Shown: piece after piece, positions 28,766 through 38,703 of the stretch
Position numbering within the stretch: the stretch's first letter is position 1
How the letters are laid out: every line of letters starts with the position of its first letter
From: a virus
Direction: 5' to 3' (one strand)
IMG/VR virus record: IMGVR_UViG_3300046170_000524
Length of the DNA: 64,000 nucleotides
Position numbers and translations under genes: made by a program
Notes under the pieces: model-generated
Told to the model about the DNA's origin: nothing
The model's input: only the letters and a program-made list of their open reading frames with translations
Databases searched by the model: none

Positions 28766-30070
28766 TTAGCCCAAAATATCTAATAAGGGCTCACCTTTAT
28801 GGGCTATAGTAAAAGGCCTGCCTGATGGAGAATATTGGTAGTCATTTAGTGGAAGCCCTAAAGTATGCGCAATCGTTGCATTTAAGTCTTCTGGCTTGAT
28901 TGGCTTACCTTTTGTGGGAGTACGGCCTGTTTTGTCAGTTTCCCCATAAGTCATTCCACCTTTAACTCCTCCCCCCGCCAAAAAAGCGGTAAAACAATAA
29001 GGCCAGTGATCTCTTCCGTCTCTTCCATTGATATTTGGAGTTCTTCCAAATTCAGAAGTTAAAACCACTAAGGTGTCAGAAAGCATACCTCTTCGGTTTA
29101 AATCAATTAACAGGCCGCTTAAAGCTTGATCGATGTCAGTACAATTTGCTGCAACTCTATCAAAGTTATTATCATGCGTATCCCATCCACCTCTTGTTAC
29201 TTCAACGTATCTTACGCCATGCTCTACGAGCCTTCTTGCTAATAAGCATCCTTTTGCAAAATTAGTTTGACCATAAAGATTGCTTGTGGACTCAGGCTCT
29301 TTTGTAATGTCAAAAGCATTTAAGTCATTACTATTCATTAATTTAATTGCGTCTTTGTATAGAGTCAGAGTAAGCTCTTACTTGTTTTCTGCGGGAACTG
29401 GGTGGAAAAATTCTCATTTAGATGCCTCTGCGATAGATATTCTGCTTTGAAAATGCTCGTGATCTAGAGTATGATGCCATTTTGCTATTGGCTAGTCCTG
29501 CGGCTTGGATTATTGATTGGTAAGGCGCCGTATTTAGATTCTAGAAAGCCTGCGCCGCCTCCGCCTCCCCCTATTTTAACATTGGACTGGGTATGGTTCT
29601 GTTGATTGCACCTCCAAGTTTGGACACCCAGCTACCAAATGTTGGGTGCACAATTGTGCCTCTTTTCAGGTAGCTGGTATGCATTAAGATAACTCGCTTG
29701 CTCATGAGCTCCCTGGCTTGTGTTCATTGTTTTAATTATTGCTCCATGATGCATAAGCTCGTGCGGTCTTTGGTAGGTTTTCTGATAAGAATCACTCCGT
29801 CCGCGCTTGTTGGAATAGATTTTGTCGGCCCCTGAATATCTGGCGCGTCTGGCTTCGGCCCAAATGTATCAAGGTGAGACATGGCTCCTCCCATATTTAA
29901 ATATATTACGTGCCTTGCTGTTGGTACTCTGGCTGCCTGGCTCTAAGCGCGCTAACACTGTTATGTATATACGCTCCTGCCATTGGCATAAGACCCACCC
30001 CAAAACATGCTTTTGCAGCATGAGCTATAAATTCTCTTCTTCCTAATTCGTCTATTGTATTAAAGTTCAT
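28766..30070 (-). CDS. DUF1501-family Tat-exported protein (multiple apparent indels in the 5' half)
   Basis: GRREFIA twin-Arg signal; stitched frames give HVIYLNMGGAMSHLDTF, QGAHEQA, HPTFGSW. Intact C-terminus GCLLARRLVEHGVRYV, GGWDTH, SEFGRTP, GRDHW, GGGVKGG. Confidence 0.85.
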
Positions 30071-30077
30071 AATAGAC

Positions 30078-30086
30078 TTATTACAC
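30078..30086 (-). promoter_or_regulatory. GTGTA-class putative phage late promoter
   Basis: Minus-strand GTGTAATAA; 11 nt to ATG 30070. Confidence 0.6.
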
Positions 30087-30125
30087 AATTTTGAGAAAAG
30101 TCAACAGAAAGTGGTATGATATATT

Positions 30126-30575
30126 GTGCGGTTTTTATTGCTTATATTCATTATACCCAGCATTTTATGCGCTAGATTACAAAGAGAAGATTATTTAGAT
30201 AATTGTGATTGGTGCAAAAATCAAGCTAAGTCTACTCAGCCATTAGATATCGGCGAATGGAGTATGAGATGTAAGCAAAAACCGAAACCAATATGGTTTA
30301 ATTATAGAAATATAGGCAGAGCATATGGAACTTATAAAGAAAAAACTTCTATGTGTTGGATTTATTCTGAAAAATTAGGTTGGATATACAACACCCCTCA
30401 ATATAAAGATTATATTTATACTCACAAACTTGGATGGATCTACGTAAAAGATGGCAAGGTTTATGTCTTCAAAAAGAAAAAGTGGGATTATTTTACAAAT
30501 ATAAATTCGTGTGTGTTTATTAATGTCCAGATTATTTCTTTGTATGCCTCTTTCTTGTCTTTTAATGACGATTAG
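30126..30575 (+). CDS. Exported protein with repeated LGWIY motifs
   Basis: Signal-like N-terminus; WIYSEKLGWIY and YIYTHKLGWIYV repeats; TGg-TATGAT 5 nt before the GTG. The 3' end is uncertain because it overlaps the convergent gene. Confidence 0.6.
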   Translation: MRFLLLIFIIPSILCARLQREDYLDNCDWCKNQAKSTQPLDIGEWSMRCKQKPKPIWFNYRNIGRAYGTYKEKTSMCWIYSEKLGWIYNTPQYKDYIYTHKLGWIYVKDGKVYVFKKKKWDYFTNINSCVFINVQIISLYASFLSFNDD

Positions 30576-32763
30576 TAAATATTGTTAATTTCTTTTGAGG
30601 AGGGCTTTCTGTTTAATATATATCTATATCCTGCTTGTAATTTTATCATCTAATGACTTTTGCGACTGCACTGCTTTTATAATTTCAAAGTTTTTATTTT
30701 TTAATAACCTTGTTTCTACAAAACCGTTAAGCAAGATTGAGTACCTGGGTCGCAGAGGCGCTTTTATTTGCGTTTTCGATCTGCTCCCTATCTGAACCAC
30801 CAAACTCACGAATAAGGTGCCCTACGGGCGCAGGAGAAGGTAGTTCTGAGGCTCTTACGGAATTACGATCTTTTACAAAGTTTTGCTTGTAATCGTCTTT
30901 CTTGGTTTGTTGCTGGGATTTAAATTTATCAACACAAGATTCGCAGCAAAATGCAACCGTCTCTCCGTTTTCATTAATAGCTAATAAAGTTGGATCAATA
31001 GCTCTGCCAGGTTTAATTGGGCAATCTGTATTTATTGGTTCTGTGAATTTTGGTTTATTTGTTGTTTTTGGCCTTTCGGTTTTATTTATTTTGGCCATAA
31101 GATCTTGAAATAATTCTTCACCAGTCATTGCCGAAAAGTTTTGAAACTCTTCGTAACCTTTTGTGTTTTGCTGAAGTTTTCTAGAATCTATATCGTTAAA
31201 CGTTAAATTTACTAATGAATCCCAGACTTGTTCGCCACTCATTCTTTCAAGCATTGGCCCTTGATAGAAATATGGAATAGCGTTGTGAGATTGTTTTTCA
31301 GAATTTGGTCCTGCGATAATCCATTTTACATCTACAGGCATAGACTGATCTTTATTATCTTTTGGGATAACATCTCTTATTACAGATTGACGCTGAAAAG
31401 TTTTTGTGTTATATAATACCCTTAAAAACTCTTTTAAATCGTAATCTAAAGCTACCATAACTTTTTCCAAATGTAGCTGAAGTTTTGGATCTGTAGCTAA
31501 TGTATCATCAAACATGTTATCAATTGGCTCAATTAAAGCTAGTCCAAAAGCTTCTTTCCATAACCTATTTACAATAACAGCTGTAAATCTAGGATTCGAA
31601 TCTGTTGCAAGCCAATTTGCATATATTTCTCGAGACCCTGCTTGAGGAGCTTTTGTTTTTATGTCGATTTCTTTTCCAAAAATTGTTTTTCCAGATAACA
31701 TTTCGCTCGGCTTTGCGTTATCATATTGATAGTCATTTGGTAAATTAATTTTTCCTGAACCCAGGCTATCTAGACCTGTTTGAAGAATGTCTTGAATGCC
31801 CCTAGATTCATTTCTTAGCTGTCTAGATTTTTGCGGCTCACCTGCTTGCTCTAGCCTTCTTTGTTCTGTATTAACCAATCTATTAAATTGACCTAAATTA
31901 TCAACACCTCTTCTTCTTAGATTTGTCGAACCGCTTGTGAACGCAGCCATTTCGTAGAATTGTTTTTGTGTCCAGCGATCAAATGGATGATCATGGCACT
32001 GGGCGCATTCAAGACTAGTGCCAAGAAAGATGCGAACTGTATTGGCCATATTGTCGAGGGGCATGTTTACATCTCGCGCAAAGTAACTAACTCCTTCATT
32101 ACCTCTTTCCCATAAAGCTCCAGATGAAGAAAGCATTTCTCTTACCCAAACATCATATGGTCTATTATTTGATATAAATTCTTTTACATAATTTTTATAT
32201 GGTATACCTGATACTCTATTATTTAATCTATCTTTTATTCTTAATATATCAGCCCAGAAGTTGAACCAATGACTCACATACCCTTCGCTGCCTAATAGTT
32301 GATCTATTAATTTTGATCTTTTGTTTTTGTCTTTACTATTTAAAAAGGTGTCTACTTCCGTTAACGACGGAGTTCTTCCGATAACCTTTAAATAAGATCT
32401 GCGCAAAAATGTAGCATCATCAACTTCTTTGTTTGGTTTGAGGTTATATGATCGTAATTTTGTTTCAATTAAACTATCAATATATCTTGCATGGGTATTT
32501 AAATCTTTATCTGATAGTGGTTTTTTAAATTTCGGCAAAGCTTCGTGGCTTGGCGGGAAGTTGTTTTTGATATAAGCTTGATTATCTTCTGTAAGAGAAT
32601 CTATTGCTATTCTAAATAATTGCAGGTCACTTGCTCTTTTTATTAAAGCGTGAGTTGCATTTGCCTCAAGAATATCTCCTTTTAAATCTTTTCCGTTATT
32701 AAAATAAAGAGTATCAGCGAAACAGTAAATTGATGATAATAATAGTAAAAGTAGTTTTTTCAT
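30488..32763 (-). CDS. DUF1549/DUF1553 (PSD1-type) secreted protein with SHD1-like N-terminus, CxxCH and YHS-like insert (3' indels)
   Basis: Signal peptide; DATFLRRSYL..IGRTP, HWFNFWADILR, FLGTSLECAQCHDHPFD, NPRFTAVIVNRLW, YDLKEFLRVL. Shifted frames continue to EIIWTLINTHEFIFVK* at 30488. Confidence 0.88.
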
Positions 32764-32770
32764 AATAAAA

Positions 32771-32779
32771 TTATTACAC
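32771..32779 (-). promoter_or_regulatory. GTGTA-class putative phage late promoter
   Basis: Minus-strand GTGTAATAA; 11 nt to ATG 32763; TTGACA also lies 16 nt upstream of the TA. Confidence 0.6.
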
Positions 32780-32818
32780 TATTTGATTAATTTGTCAAGA
32801 AGTTTTTTAATCGCGCCA

Positions 32819-32849
32819 ACAAAAAAGCCGCCCATTTCTGAGCGGCTTT
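32819..32849 (-). terminator. Rho-independent terminator
   Basis: Minus strand GCCGCTCA-GAAA-TGGGCGGC-TTTTTT. Confidence 0.85.
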
Positions 32850-32872
32850 AGGAACATTATATTAGATAAAGT

Positions 32873-33112
32873 TTAATCTTTATCGCTTTTTTGCTTAAAA
32901 AGCGCAACGATAAGCAAAAGAGTGATAATTCCCGCTAAGGAAGCCCCTTCTCCTACGAATCCTGTGACAACATCCTGAAGGTTGCCAATAACATTAATGG
33001 GTGCTCCTGCGCCAAATACGACCTGGGCGACAACGAGCAATCCGATAATAGAGAGCAGGACACTGGTAACTCCTCCTGCGTAATTTTTGATTGTATCTAT
33101 TGTATTTTTCAT
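32873..33112 (-). CDS. Small inner-membrane protein (2 TM)
   Basis: MKNTIDTIKNYAGGVTSVLLSIIGLLVVAQVVFG...LAGIITLLLIVALF; start placed at ATG 33112. Confidence 0.7.
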   Translation of the reverse strand: MKNTIDTIKNYAGGVTSVLLSIIGLLVVAQVVFGAGAPINVIGNLQDVVTGFVGEGASLAGIITLLLIVALFKQKSDKD

Positions 33113-33119
33113 AATTAAA

Positions 33120-33773
33120 TTAGAAAGAAAAGGTGAATGATGCGGAAAGTACGTCTTCTCCGTCAATTGAGTCTGAGTCTACTCGATCGTATCCAGCAGA
33201 AGCTTGAACTGAATCTGTCAAGGTTTTTGATAAAGATAATCCGAGAGAATAATAATCATTATCTTCAATGCCGTATCTATCGGAATTACCTAAAGCGCCA
33301 GCCAATGTCAAGTCTGCGAAGTTCAGGTCAAAAGTATGAGAAGCTCCACCTTCAAATACATAATTATTATCGCTAGTATCTCTAAGAATTAAAAAATACG
33401 GGGATAAGGCATAATTAAGACTTAATTCAAGGGCTGCATCAAGTTGACTGCCTCCATCGATGATTTCTTCATGCTCAAGTCCGACATAAACGTTTAATAA
33501 GTCTCCAATTGCGCTGGAAACGCCGCCAGAGAAAATATAAACACTCTTTCCATCAGAGAGCTCGTCAAAAGATGAAACTGAGCCTTCTACGTTCAGACTT
33601 TCGACTTCTGCGCCATAAGATACTGAAGCCGAAATACTTTCTTCGGTCAAAAGCGAACCTTTACTGAATGTATCGGTGCCATAACCCAAGGAAACGGCGC
33701 CTGATCCAGCATGGACTGCGTTAATAAAAAAAGCTGCTACAAGAGCAGTAACTGTTATTAGTTTGGTTTTCAT
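33120..33773 (-). CDS. Outer-membrane beta-barrel protein
   Basis: Sec signal peptide, alternating amphipathic strands and C-terminal SASFTFSF (BAM-type terminal Phe). Confidence 0.75.
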   Translation of the reverse strand: MKTKLITVTALVAAFFINAVHAGSGAVSLGYGTDTFSKGSLLTEESISASVSYGAEVESLNVEGSVSSFDELSDGKSVYIFSGGVSSAIGDLLNVYVGLEHEEIIDGGSQLDAALELSLNYALSPYFLILRDTSDNNYVFEGGASHTFDLNFADLTLAGALGNSDRYGIEDNDYYSLGLSLSKTLTDSVQASAGYDRVDSDSIDGEDVLSASFTFSF

Positions 33774-33787
33774 AATTAAAACTCCAG

Positions 33788-33816
33788 ATTATAAAACAAA
33801 AACTATCGTTTGTCAA
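33788..33816 (-). promoter_or_regulatory. Perfect-consensus sigma70 promoter for the OMP operon
   Basis: TTGACA-17-TATAAT. Confidence 0.85.
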
Positions 33817-34238
33817 GTAATTTTTATTCTAGTCTTTGATTTTTCTTTTTTTCTTGGTATTGTAATCTCTAATATGCCATTATTCATTTTTGCTGATATT
33901 TTTTCTTGATCCAATTCAGAGCTTATTTTAAATGTATTTTTAAATCCATCTTTAAATATTTGTTGTTGAGTATATTTTCCTTCGATAGATTCTTCTTTTG
34001 GGCTTTGATAAGAAACAATTAATTTATCAGCTTGACAGTCGATGTTTATATCTTCTTTTGGTATGCCAGGAGTAAGAAGTTCTATTACGGTTTCTTTTTC
34101 TTTGGAAATAACATTTGCTTGTACTGGATAATCATCTAAGCTTTTAAACTCATCATTATCTAATAAGTCATCAAATATATTTTTAAATGTATCAGAAATA
34201 AATTTTGGTTGATATTGTTTTTTTAAGTAGTATGCCAT
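33813..34238 (-). CDS. hsp20: Small heat-shock protein Hsp20
   Basis: PVQANV, LLTPGIPKEDINI, FKNTFKI, ISAKMNNGILEITIP. Confidence 0.9.
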   Translation of the reverse strand: MAYYLKKQYQPKFISDTFKNIFDDLLDNDEFKSLDDYPVQANVISKEKETVIELLTPGIPKEDINIDCQADKLIVSYQSPKEESIEGKYTQQQIFKDGFKNTFKISSELDQEKISAKMNNGILEITIPRKKEKSKTRIKIT

Positions 34239-34322
34239 TTTGTCTCTTTTTTTAAGTGTTATAAACTAGTGTGTAAATTTGTCTCTTAAATCACTAAATT
34301 CAAGTATTTACTATTAAAGTAT

Positions 34323-34339
34323 TGCTAATAGTATGCCAA
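34323..34339 (-). promoter_or_regulatory. Possible sigma54 (-24/-12) promoter upstream of hsp20
   Basis: TTGGCATACTATTAGCA: GG-N10-GC spacing, with TAGC instead of TTGC. Confidence 0.35.
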
Positions 34340-34343
34340 AAAA

Positions 34344-34940
34344 TTAAGATCTAAACAAAAAAGGTTTCCACTCTTCTCGCTCTCGCTGAAATGGGTGAAA
34401 GAATGGATATGGGTTGGCGGGCTTAAGCTCTTTTCCTTCTTTATTTGTATATGGATAAATTGCCGCCTTCTTGCAATTACAGGTTTGACAAGTAAGCGTA
34501 ACATTATAACTTTCTTTTGTGCCTCCTTTACTTTTTGGGTAAATATGCTCTATTGTCATATCTTTCATGTCAAACTTATCACCGCAAATTTGACAACGAC
34601 CTTTATATCTTTTATATAAATAGCGTAAGTTAGGCTTGTTCTTGGTTTGATAAACCCATTTTGCGGTTGTCAACAAAATGGTTGGAACGGGGTATAATGC
34701 ATTAGAAGAAGAGAGAAATGGTTGACTCTTATAGTAAGATGCTCGAGATGAATCAATCCAATCTTCCCACAATAAAGGTTCTCCTGAGAAACTCAGAGCT
34801 TTAACAGAGGGATTTTTATGCGAAGATGATCCTGAAGATATTAATTTTCTAATACCTTCTTTTGCTGTAGTAATATTAATTGGTGTCCAGAAATGAGACA
34901 GTATTAACACTGTCCTGTCCTTGCTATCAATTAAATTCAA
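34344..34940 (-). CDS. HNH endonuclease (McrA-like)
   Basis: CQICG...TIEHIYPKSKGG...NVTLTCQTCNCKK. Confidence 0.88.
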   Translation of the reverse strand: MNLIDSKDRTVLILSHFWTPINITTAKEGIRKLISSGSSSHKNPSVKALSFSGEPLLWEDWIDSSRASYYKSQPFLSSSNALYPVPTILLTTAKWVYQTKNKPNLRYLYKRYKGRCQICGDKFDMKDMTIEHIYPKSKGGTKESYNVTLTCQTCNCKKAAIYPYTNKEGKELKPANPYPFFHPFQREREEWKPFLFRS

Positions 34941-34942
34941 AT

Positions 34943-36371
34943 TTATTTTTCTTCGTGATGTCCGCCGTTGGAAGAATTAGGTTTTTCATGAGTATAGCCC
35001 ATTTTTTTCATTTTCAAATGATCTTCCATGGTCTTCGCTTTATAGCCTTTGCCTGTTTTTCGGGTCATACATCATATGAGGCTTGAAATCTTCTGCAGCA
35101 TAATCCTTTTTCATTTTTTTAGATTGAGCTTTTTTAATAGCTTCTTTTGACGGGTAATCTTTATCTCCTGGCTTTGCAGCTTTATAGTTTTTGCCCATTC
35201 TTTTTTTCTTTTTTTGAATATTTTCCCAGAGTCCTGCATCAGAAGTTCTCCTTGTTTTTTAAGGAATTGCATCTTGGATGGGCTTAGGTAATTTTTTTTG
35301 CTTTTCAGTTAAACCAGCTTCTCCTTTTTCATATAAAGAGCTTTTCATTTTATCGTATTGTATAGCGCATGCAGCATATGTTTTATCTTTATCCATTCCA
35401 GCTGTATTTACTAAATCTTTATCATAACTTGCGCAATGATCCATAAATGGTTTTTTCATGTAATCTTCAGTAGCTTCAGAAGATTCTTCGGGCTCTTCCA
35501 AGTTTTCTTCTTCTCCTTTAGTTACTTTAGTAACACTTTTTTTACTCCACATTTTACAACTCCAATAACGAGCTTTTGTTTTTGGGCCAGGATTAGAACA
35601 GTTATGACGAGCTCTAAAGTTTTTGCGACGACCAGGGTCATCACGTTTTATTTCCATATTTGGGTCACCGAAATTCACTTTAACGACATTACCTTTTTCA
35701 TTTTTAACATAAACAGAAAACTTTTTTGGCCCTTTTGGCGTTCTGAAAGGTTTGTTTAATTTTTTCCCTTTATTAACTTCTGCTGCCCAACTTTCTTCGC
35801 TAACATATTCTTCGAAACCTAATTCATCAACATCAATAAAAATTGTACTCCACATTTCATCTGTAAACTCTGGGTCTTCTTGTAGCTGATGATTATAAAT
35901 ATCTAACTTTGCTTGAATAAAATCTTCTTCTGTAAAAAAGTTTTCTTCTCTTATGCCATCATCGATAAGAACATTTGCAGAAGCTTTTGCGATATCTTGA
36001 TCTGCTTTTCTGTACGAATCTTTAACTTTGCCTCCTCTAACCATTTTTAAGAATGTATTCACTCGAGCCATAGCCCATTGACCTCTACTTTTGCCTGGTC
36101 TATGGCTAGAAGAAAATGCTCCTGCGCCTCTGCGATAAACTTTCTTTAATTGAGAAAGGGTAACTTTTTTGCTGTATTTAGAATTATGTTCTTTTACCTT
36201 AGATTTTAGGGACTCTAGAACTTTTTCTGAAAAGGTTATTTTGCCACCTTTTTCTCCTGCGCTCCCTGGCTTATTTTTATCTGAGCCTTTGCGTTTTTCT
36301 GATTTTTTTGCGGGTGTTTGCGCTGAACTCTTTGGTCCAGGACGTTTAGCTGAGTGAGATTCATTTTCCAT
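34943..36371 (-). CDS. Modular Lys/Arg-rich phage protein (apparent indels near 35260-35060)
   Basis: Modules KVYRRGAGAFSSSHRPG..WAMARVN and LNKPFRTPKGPKKFSVYV..FGDP..FRARHNC..ARYWSCKMW. Shifted frames continue GLWENIQKK... and FKPHMMYDPKTGKGY...HLKMKKMGYTHEKP to a stop at 34943. Confidence 0.7.
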
Positions 36372-36373
36372 AG

Positions 36374-37408
36374 TTATTTATTACACAATAAATTGTAATC
36401 ATTATCGTACATTTTTTGAACTAATTTTTTAAAATTTGTTTTTCTTTTCCAACCCAATTCTTTTTCAGCTAAAGATGGATCTCCGCATAGTTTATGAACT
36501 TCTGCTGGTCGATAAAATTTTCGATTAACTTCAAATAGTATTTCTTTGTTTTCTGTAAAATATTTTTCTTCTTCGTTCTTGCCTGATTTGATGTATTTAA
36601 TACCGGAATAATTTAATGCTTCTTCGAGAAATTCTCTTACACTATGCATTTCGCCGCTTCCGAGTACATAATTTTTTGGACGATCTTGATTAAGCATTAA
36701 CCAAACGCCGTCCATAAAATCCTCTGCGTCACTCCAGTCCCTTTTAGCTTCAATATTTCCTAAAGTAAGAGGTGTTATTTTTTGATTATTTTCTATTTGA
36801 GTTTTTATTTTTGCGATGCCATGAGTAATTTTTCTTGTGACGAAATCTAAGCCTCGCCTTTTTCCTTCGTGATTAAATAACCATCCTTGTATCGCATATA
36901 AGCCGTAAGACTCTCTGTAAACCCTTACGATATGCCTTGCGGCGCATTTTGCTGCTCCATAAGGAGATTGAGGAAGCAATGGATGGGATTCGTTTTGAGG
37001 AGAGAAAACAACGTCACCAAATTCTTCACTGCTTCCAGCATTATAAAACCTACAGTGAGGAGAGAACCTTCTGATTGATTCTAAAATATGTAGTACCGCA
37101 TTAGAATCTGTTTCCCACGTTTGTATTGGATAATTCCAACTCCCAGCTACAAAAGATTGTGCGGCAAAGTTTATGAAAAAATCTGGCTGCAAATCAATCA
37201 CTATATCACGAATACTATGCGCGTCATTTAAATCCATGTCAATTAGCTCAAATCGCGATTCATTTTCTAGATGTAAAATATTTTCATGGTTTTTAACGCT
37301 TAAGCGTCGAGCGGTGCCATATATTTTATAATTTGTATTTTTTAAAAGATAGTCAACCATGTGGCTGCCATCTTGACCTGTTACTCCTGTTACTATTATT
37401 TTTTTCAT
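36374..37408 (-). CDS. gmd: GDP-mannose 4,6-dehydratase
   Basis: GVTGQDGSH, FAAQSFV, AGSSEEFG, SPYGAAK, LFNHEG, FVTRKIT, RDWSDA, RPAEV. Confidence 0.93.
   Translation of the reverse strand: MKKIIVTGVTGQDGSHMVDYLLKNTNYKIYGTARRLSVKNHENILHLENESRFELIDMDLNDAHSIRDIVIDLQPDFFINFAAQSFVAGSWNYPIQTWETDSNAVLHILESIRRFSPHCRFYNAGSSEEFGDVVFSPQNESHPLLPQSPYGAAKCAARHIVRVYRESYGLYAIQGWLFNHEGKRRGLDFVTRKITHGIAKIKTQIENNQKITPLTLGNIEAKRDWSDAEDFMDGVWLMLNQDRPKNYVLGSGEMHSVREFLEEALNYSGIKYIKSGKNEEEKYFTENKEILFEVNRKFYRPAEVHKLCGDPSLAEKELGWKRKTNFKKLVQKMYDNDYNLLCNK
36378..36386 (-). promoter_or_regulatory. GTGTA-class putative phage late promoter
   Basis: Minus-strand GTGTAATAA; 10 nt to ATG 36371. Confidence 0.6.
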
Positions 37409-37434
37409 TTTTTGTAGTATTCTAATTTATTAAA

Positions 37435-38703
37435 TTAATTATGAACAAATAATATTGAGGGGATTTTTATTACTTTCTGTTTATCGCAAAAAGTTAAACA
37501 ATCTGAGAAATAATCCCAATCACCATTAAAGTTTTTATATTTAAATTTAACTTTCTTAACTATTTCGGTTTTTATAGCTGCGCTTCCCATGTCAATGGCT
37601 CCTTCTTTTAATCTACTAGTACACAAGCCATAAGGATATAATCTATCAAATTGTCCATTTCCTATGTGGTTGTGAACGCAGTCCCAAACAATAAAATCCG
37701 GGTCTTGAATGATTTGATTATTAATTAAAGAAATCCATTCCGGCACATAATAATTGTCGCAATTTGTGATTACTGTATATTCTGAATTTGATATACAATT
37801 ATTTATTCCGAAATTTCTTAACGAGTGACCGTAATCATTGTACCTTTTATCTGTTGCAGATAAGAATATGCTTTCGTGATCCAGGTAACCATTTTCCTGC
37901 AAGTCTTTTTTGGTTTCCTCATATAAATCTCCTTTGCCGTCATGTATAATATGAAGTCTCCAATTATCAGATGATTGGGAGCGAATGCTGTCTACGAAGC
38001 ATTTTAATTTGAAGCCATGATCGTAAGTTACGGCGATAATTTCTATAATTTTATCTCTTGGAGCAGATTGATTGAACGGAGTTAGAAATAACTCATTGCC
38101 TGGCAGATTGCCCCATTTTTCCATATATAATTTTTGTAATTTATGAAAATTTTTATTAATACTTGGATCGCCTCCATTGGGGGAAATTGTTGCGCTGTTA
38201 ATAAAGGTATTTGGGTTGATGAAGCTATGCTCTATAATATTTTTATTCTTTAATTCTAATCGATATAAATAATCTCTGTCCTCGAAATAAGCTGGATAAA
38301 AAGCTTCGTCAAATCTAAATTCTTTAAAACATTTTTTTGTAACGCAAAAAGCAGACATTTCAAATTCACTTTGACATCTAATTAGGTCGAACGTTTGATT
38401 TTTAAAAAAGTTTTTTAATTCTTCTTCATGCAAATCTAAATAAACATCATCATTTAGAATTAAAGCATAGTCATGTTTTTCGAATATTTTATCGCAAAGA
38501 TAATTCCATGATTTTGCGACTCCAAAATTTTCTAAAGCATTAAAGTAATTATAATTATTTTCTCGGGAGACAATGTTTTGATCACCATTATCTATTATAT
38601 AGATATCTGTATTTGGGAATTGTTTGAAATATTTTTTTAAAGTTGGGTTTAACAAGTCCGACCTATTTAACGAAGGTATGCCTATGGCGAAATTATTTTT
38701 CAT
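37435..38703 (-). CDS. Tandem (double) GT2-family glycosyltransferase
   Basis: N-terminal domain: IDNG, GVAKSWN, LILNDD, YFEDRDY. C-terminal domain: IHDG, TNCDNYY, DWDYF. Confidence 0.8.
   Translation of the reverse strand: MKNNFAIGIPSLNRSDLLNPTLKKYFKQFPNTDIYIIDNGDQNIVSRENNYNYFNALENFGVAKSWNYLCDKIFEKHDYALILNDDVYLDLHEEELKNFFKNQTFDLIRCQSEFEMSAFCVTKKCFKEFRFDEAFYPAYFEDRDYLYRLELKNKNIIEHSFINPNTFINSATISPNGGDPSINKNFHKLQKLYMEKWGNLPGNELFLTPFNQSAPRDKIIEIIAVTYDHGFKLKCFVDSIRSQSSDNWRLHIIHDGKGDLYEETKKDLQENGYLDHESIFLSATDKRYNDYGHSLRNFGINNCISNSEYTVITNCDNYYVPEWISLINNQIIQDPDFIVWDCVHNHIGNGQFDRLYPYGLCTSRLKEGAIDMGSAAIKTEIVKKVKFKYKNFNGDWDYFSDCLTFCDKQKVIKIPSILFVHN

Noticed and set aside
34271-34275. GTGTA motif near hsp20
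   Set aside because: It is on the + strand, opposite to hsp20, with no downstream + strand gene; likely chance.
27646-38703. Bacterial (host) contamination or prophage flank explaining the accessory island
   Set aside because: The genes overlap or interleave with phage genes, share the low GC, and carry the same GTGTA motif as the capsid and portal genes. A chimera cannot be fully excluded without reads.
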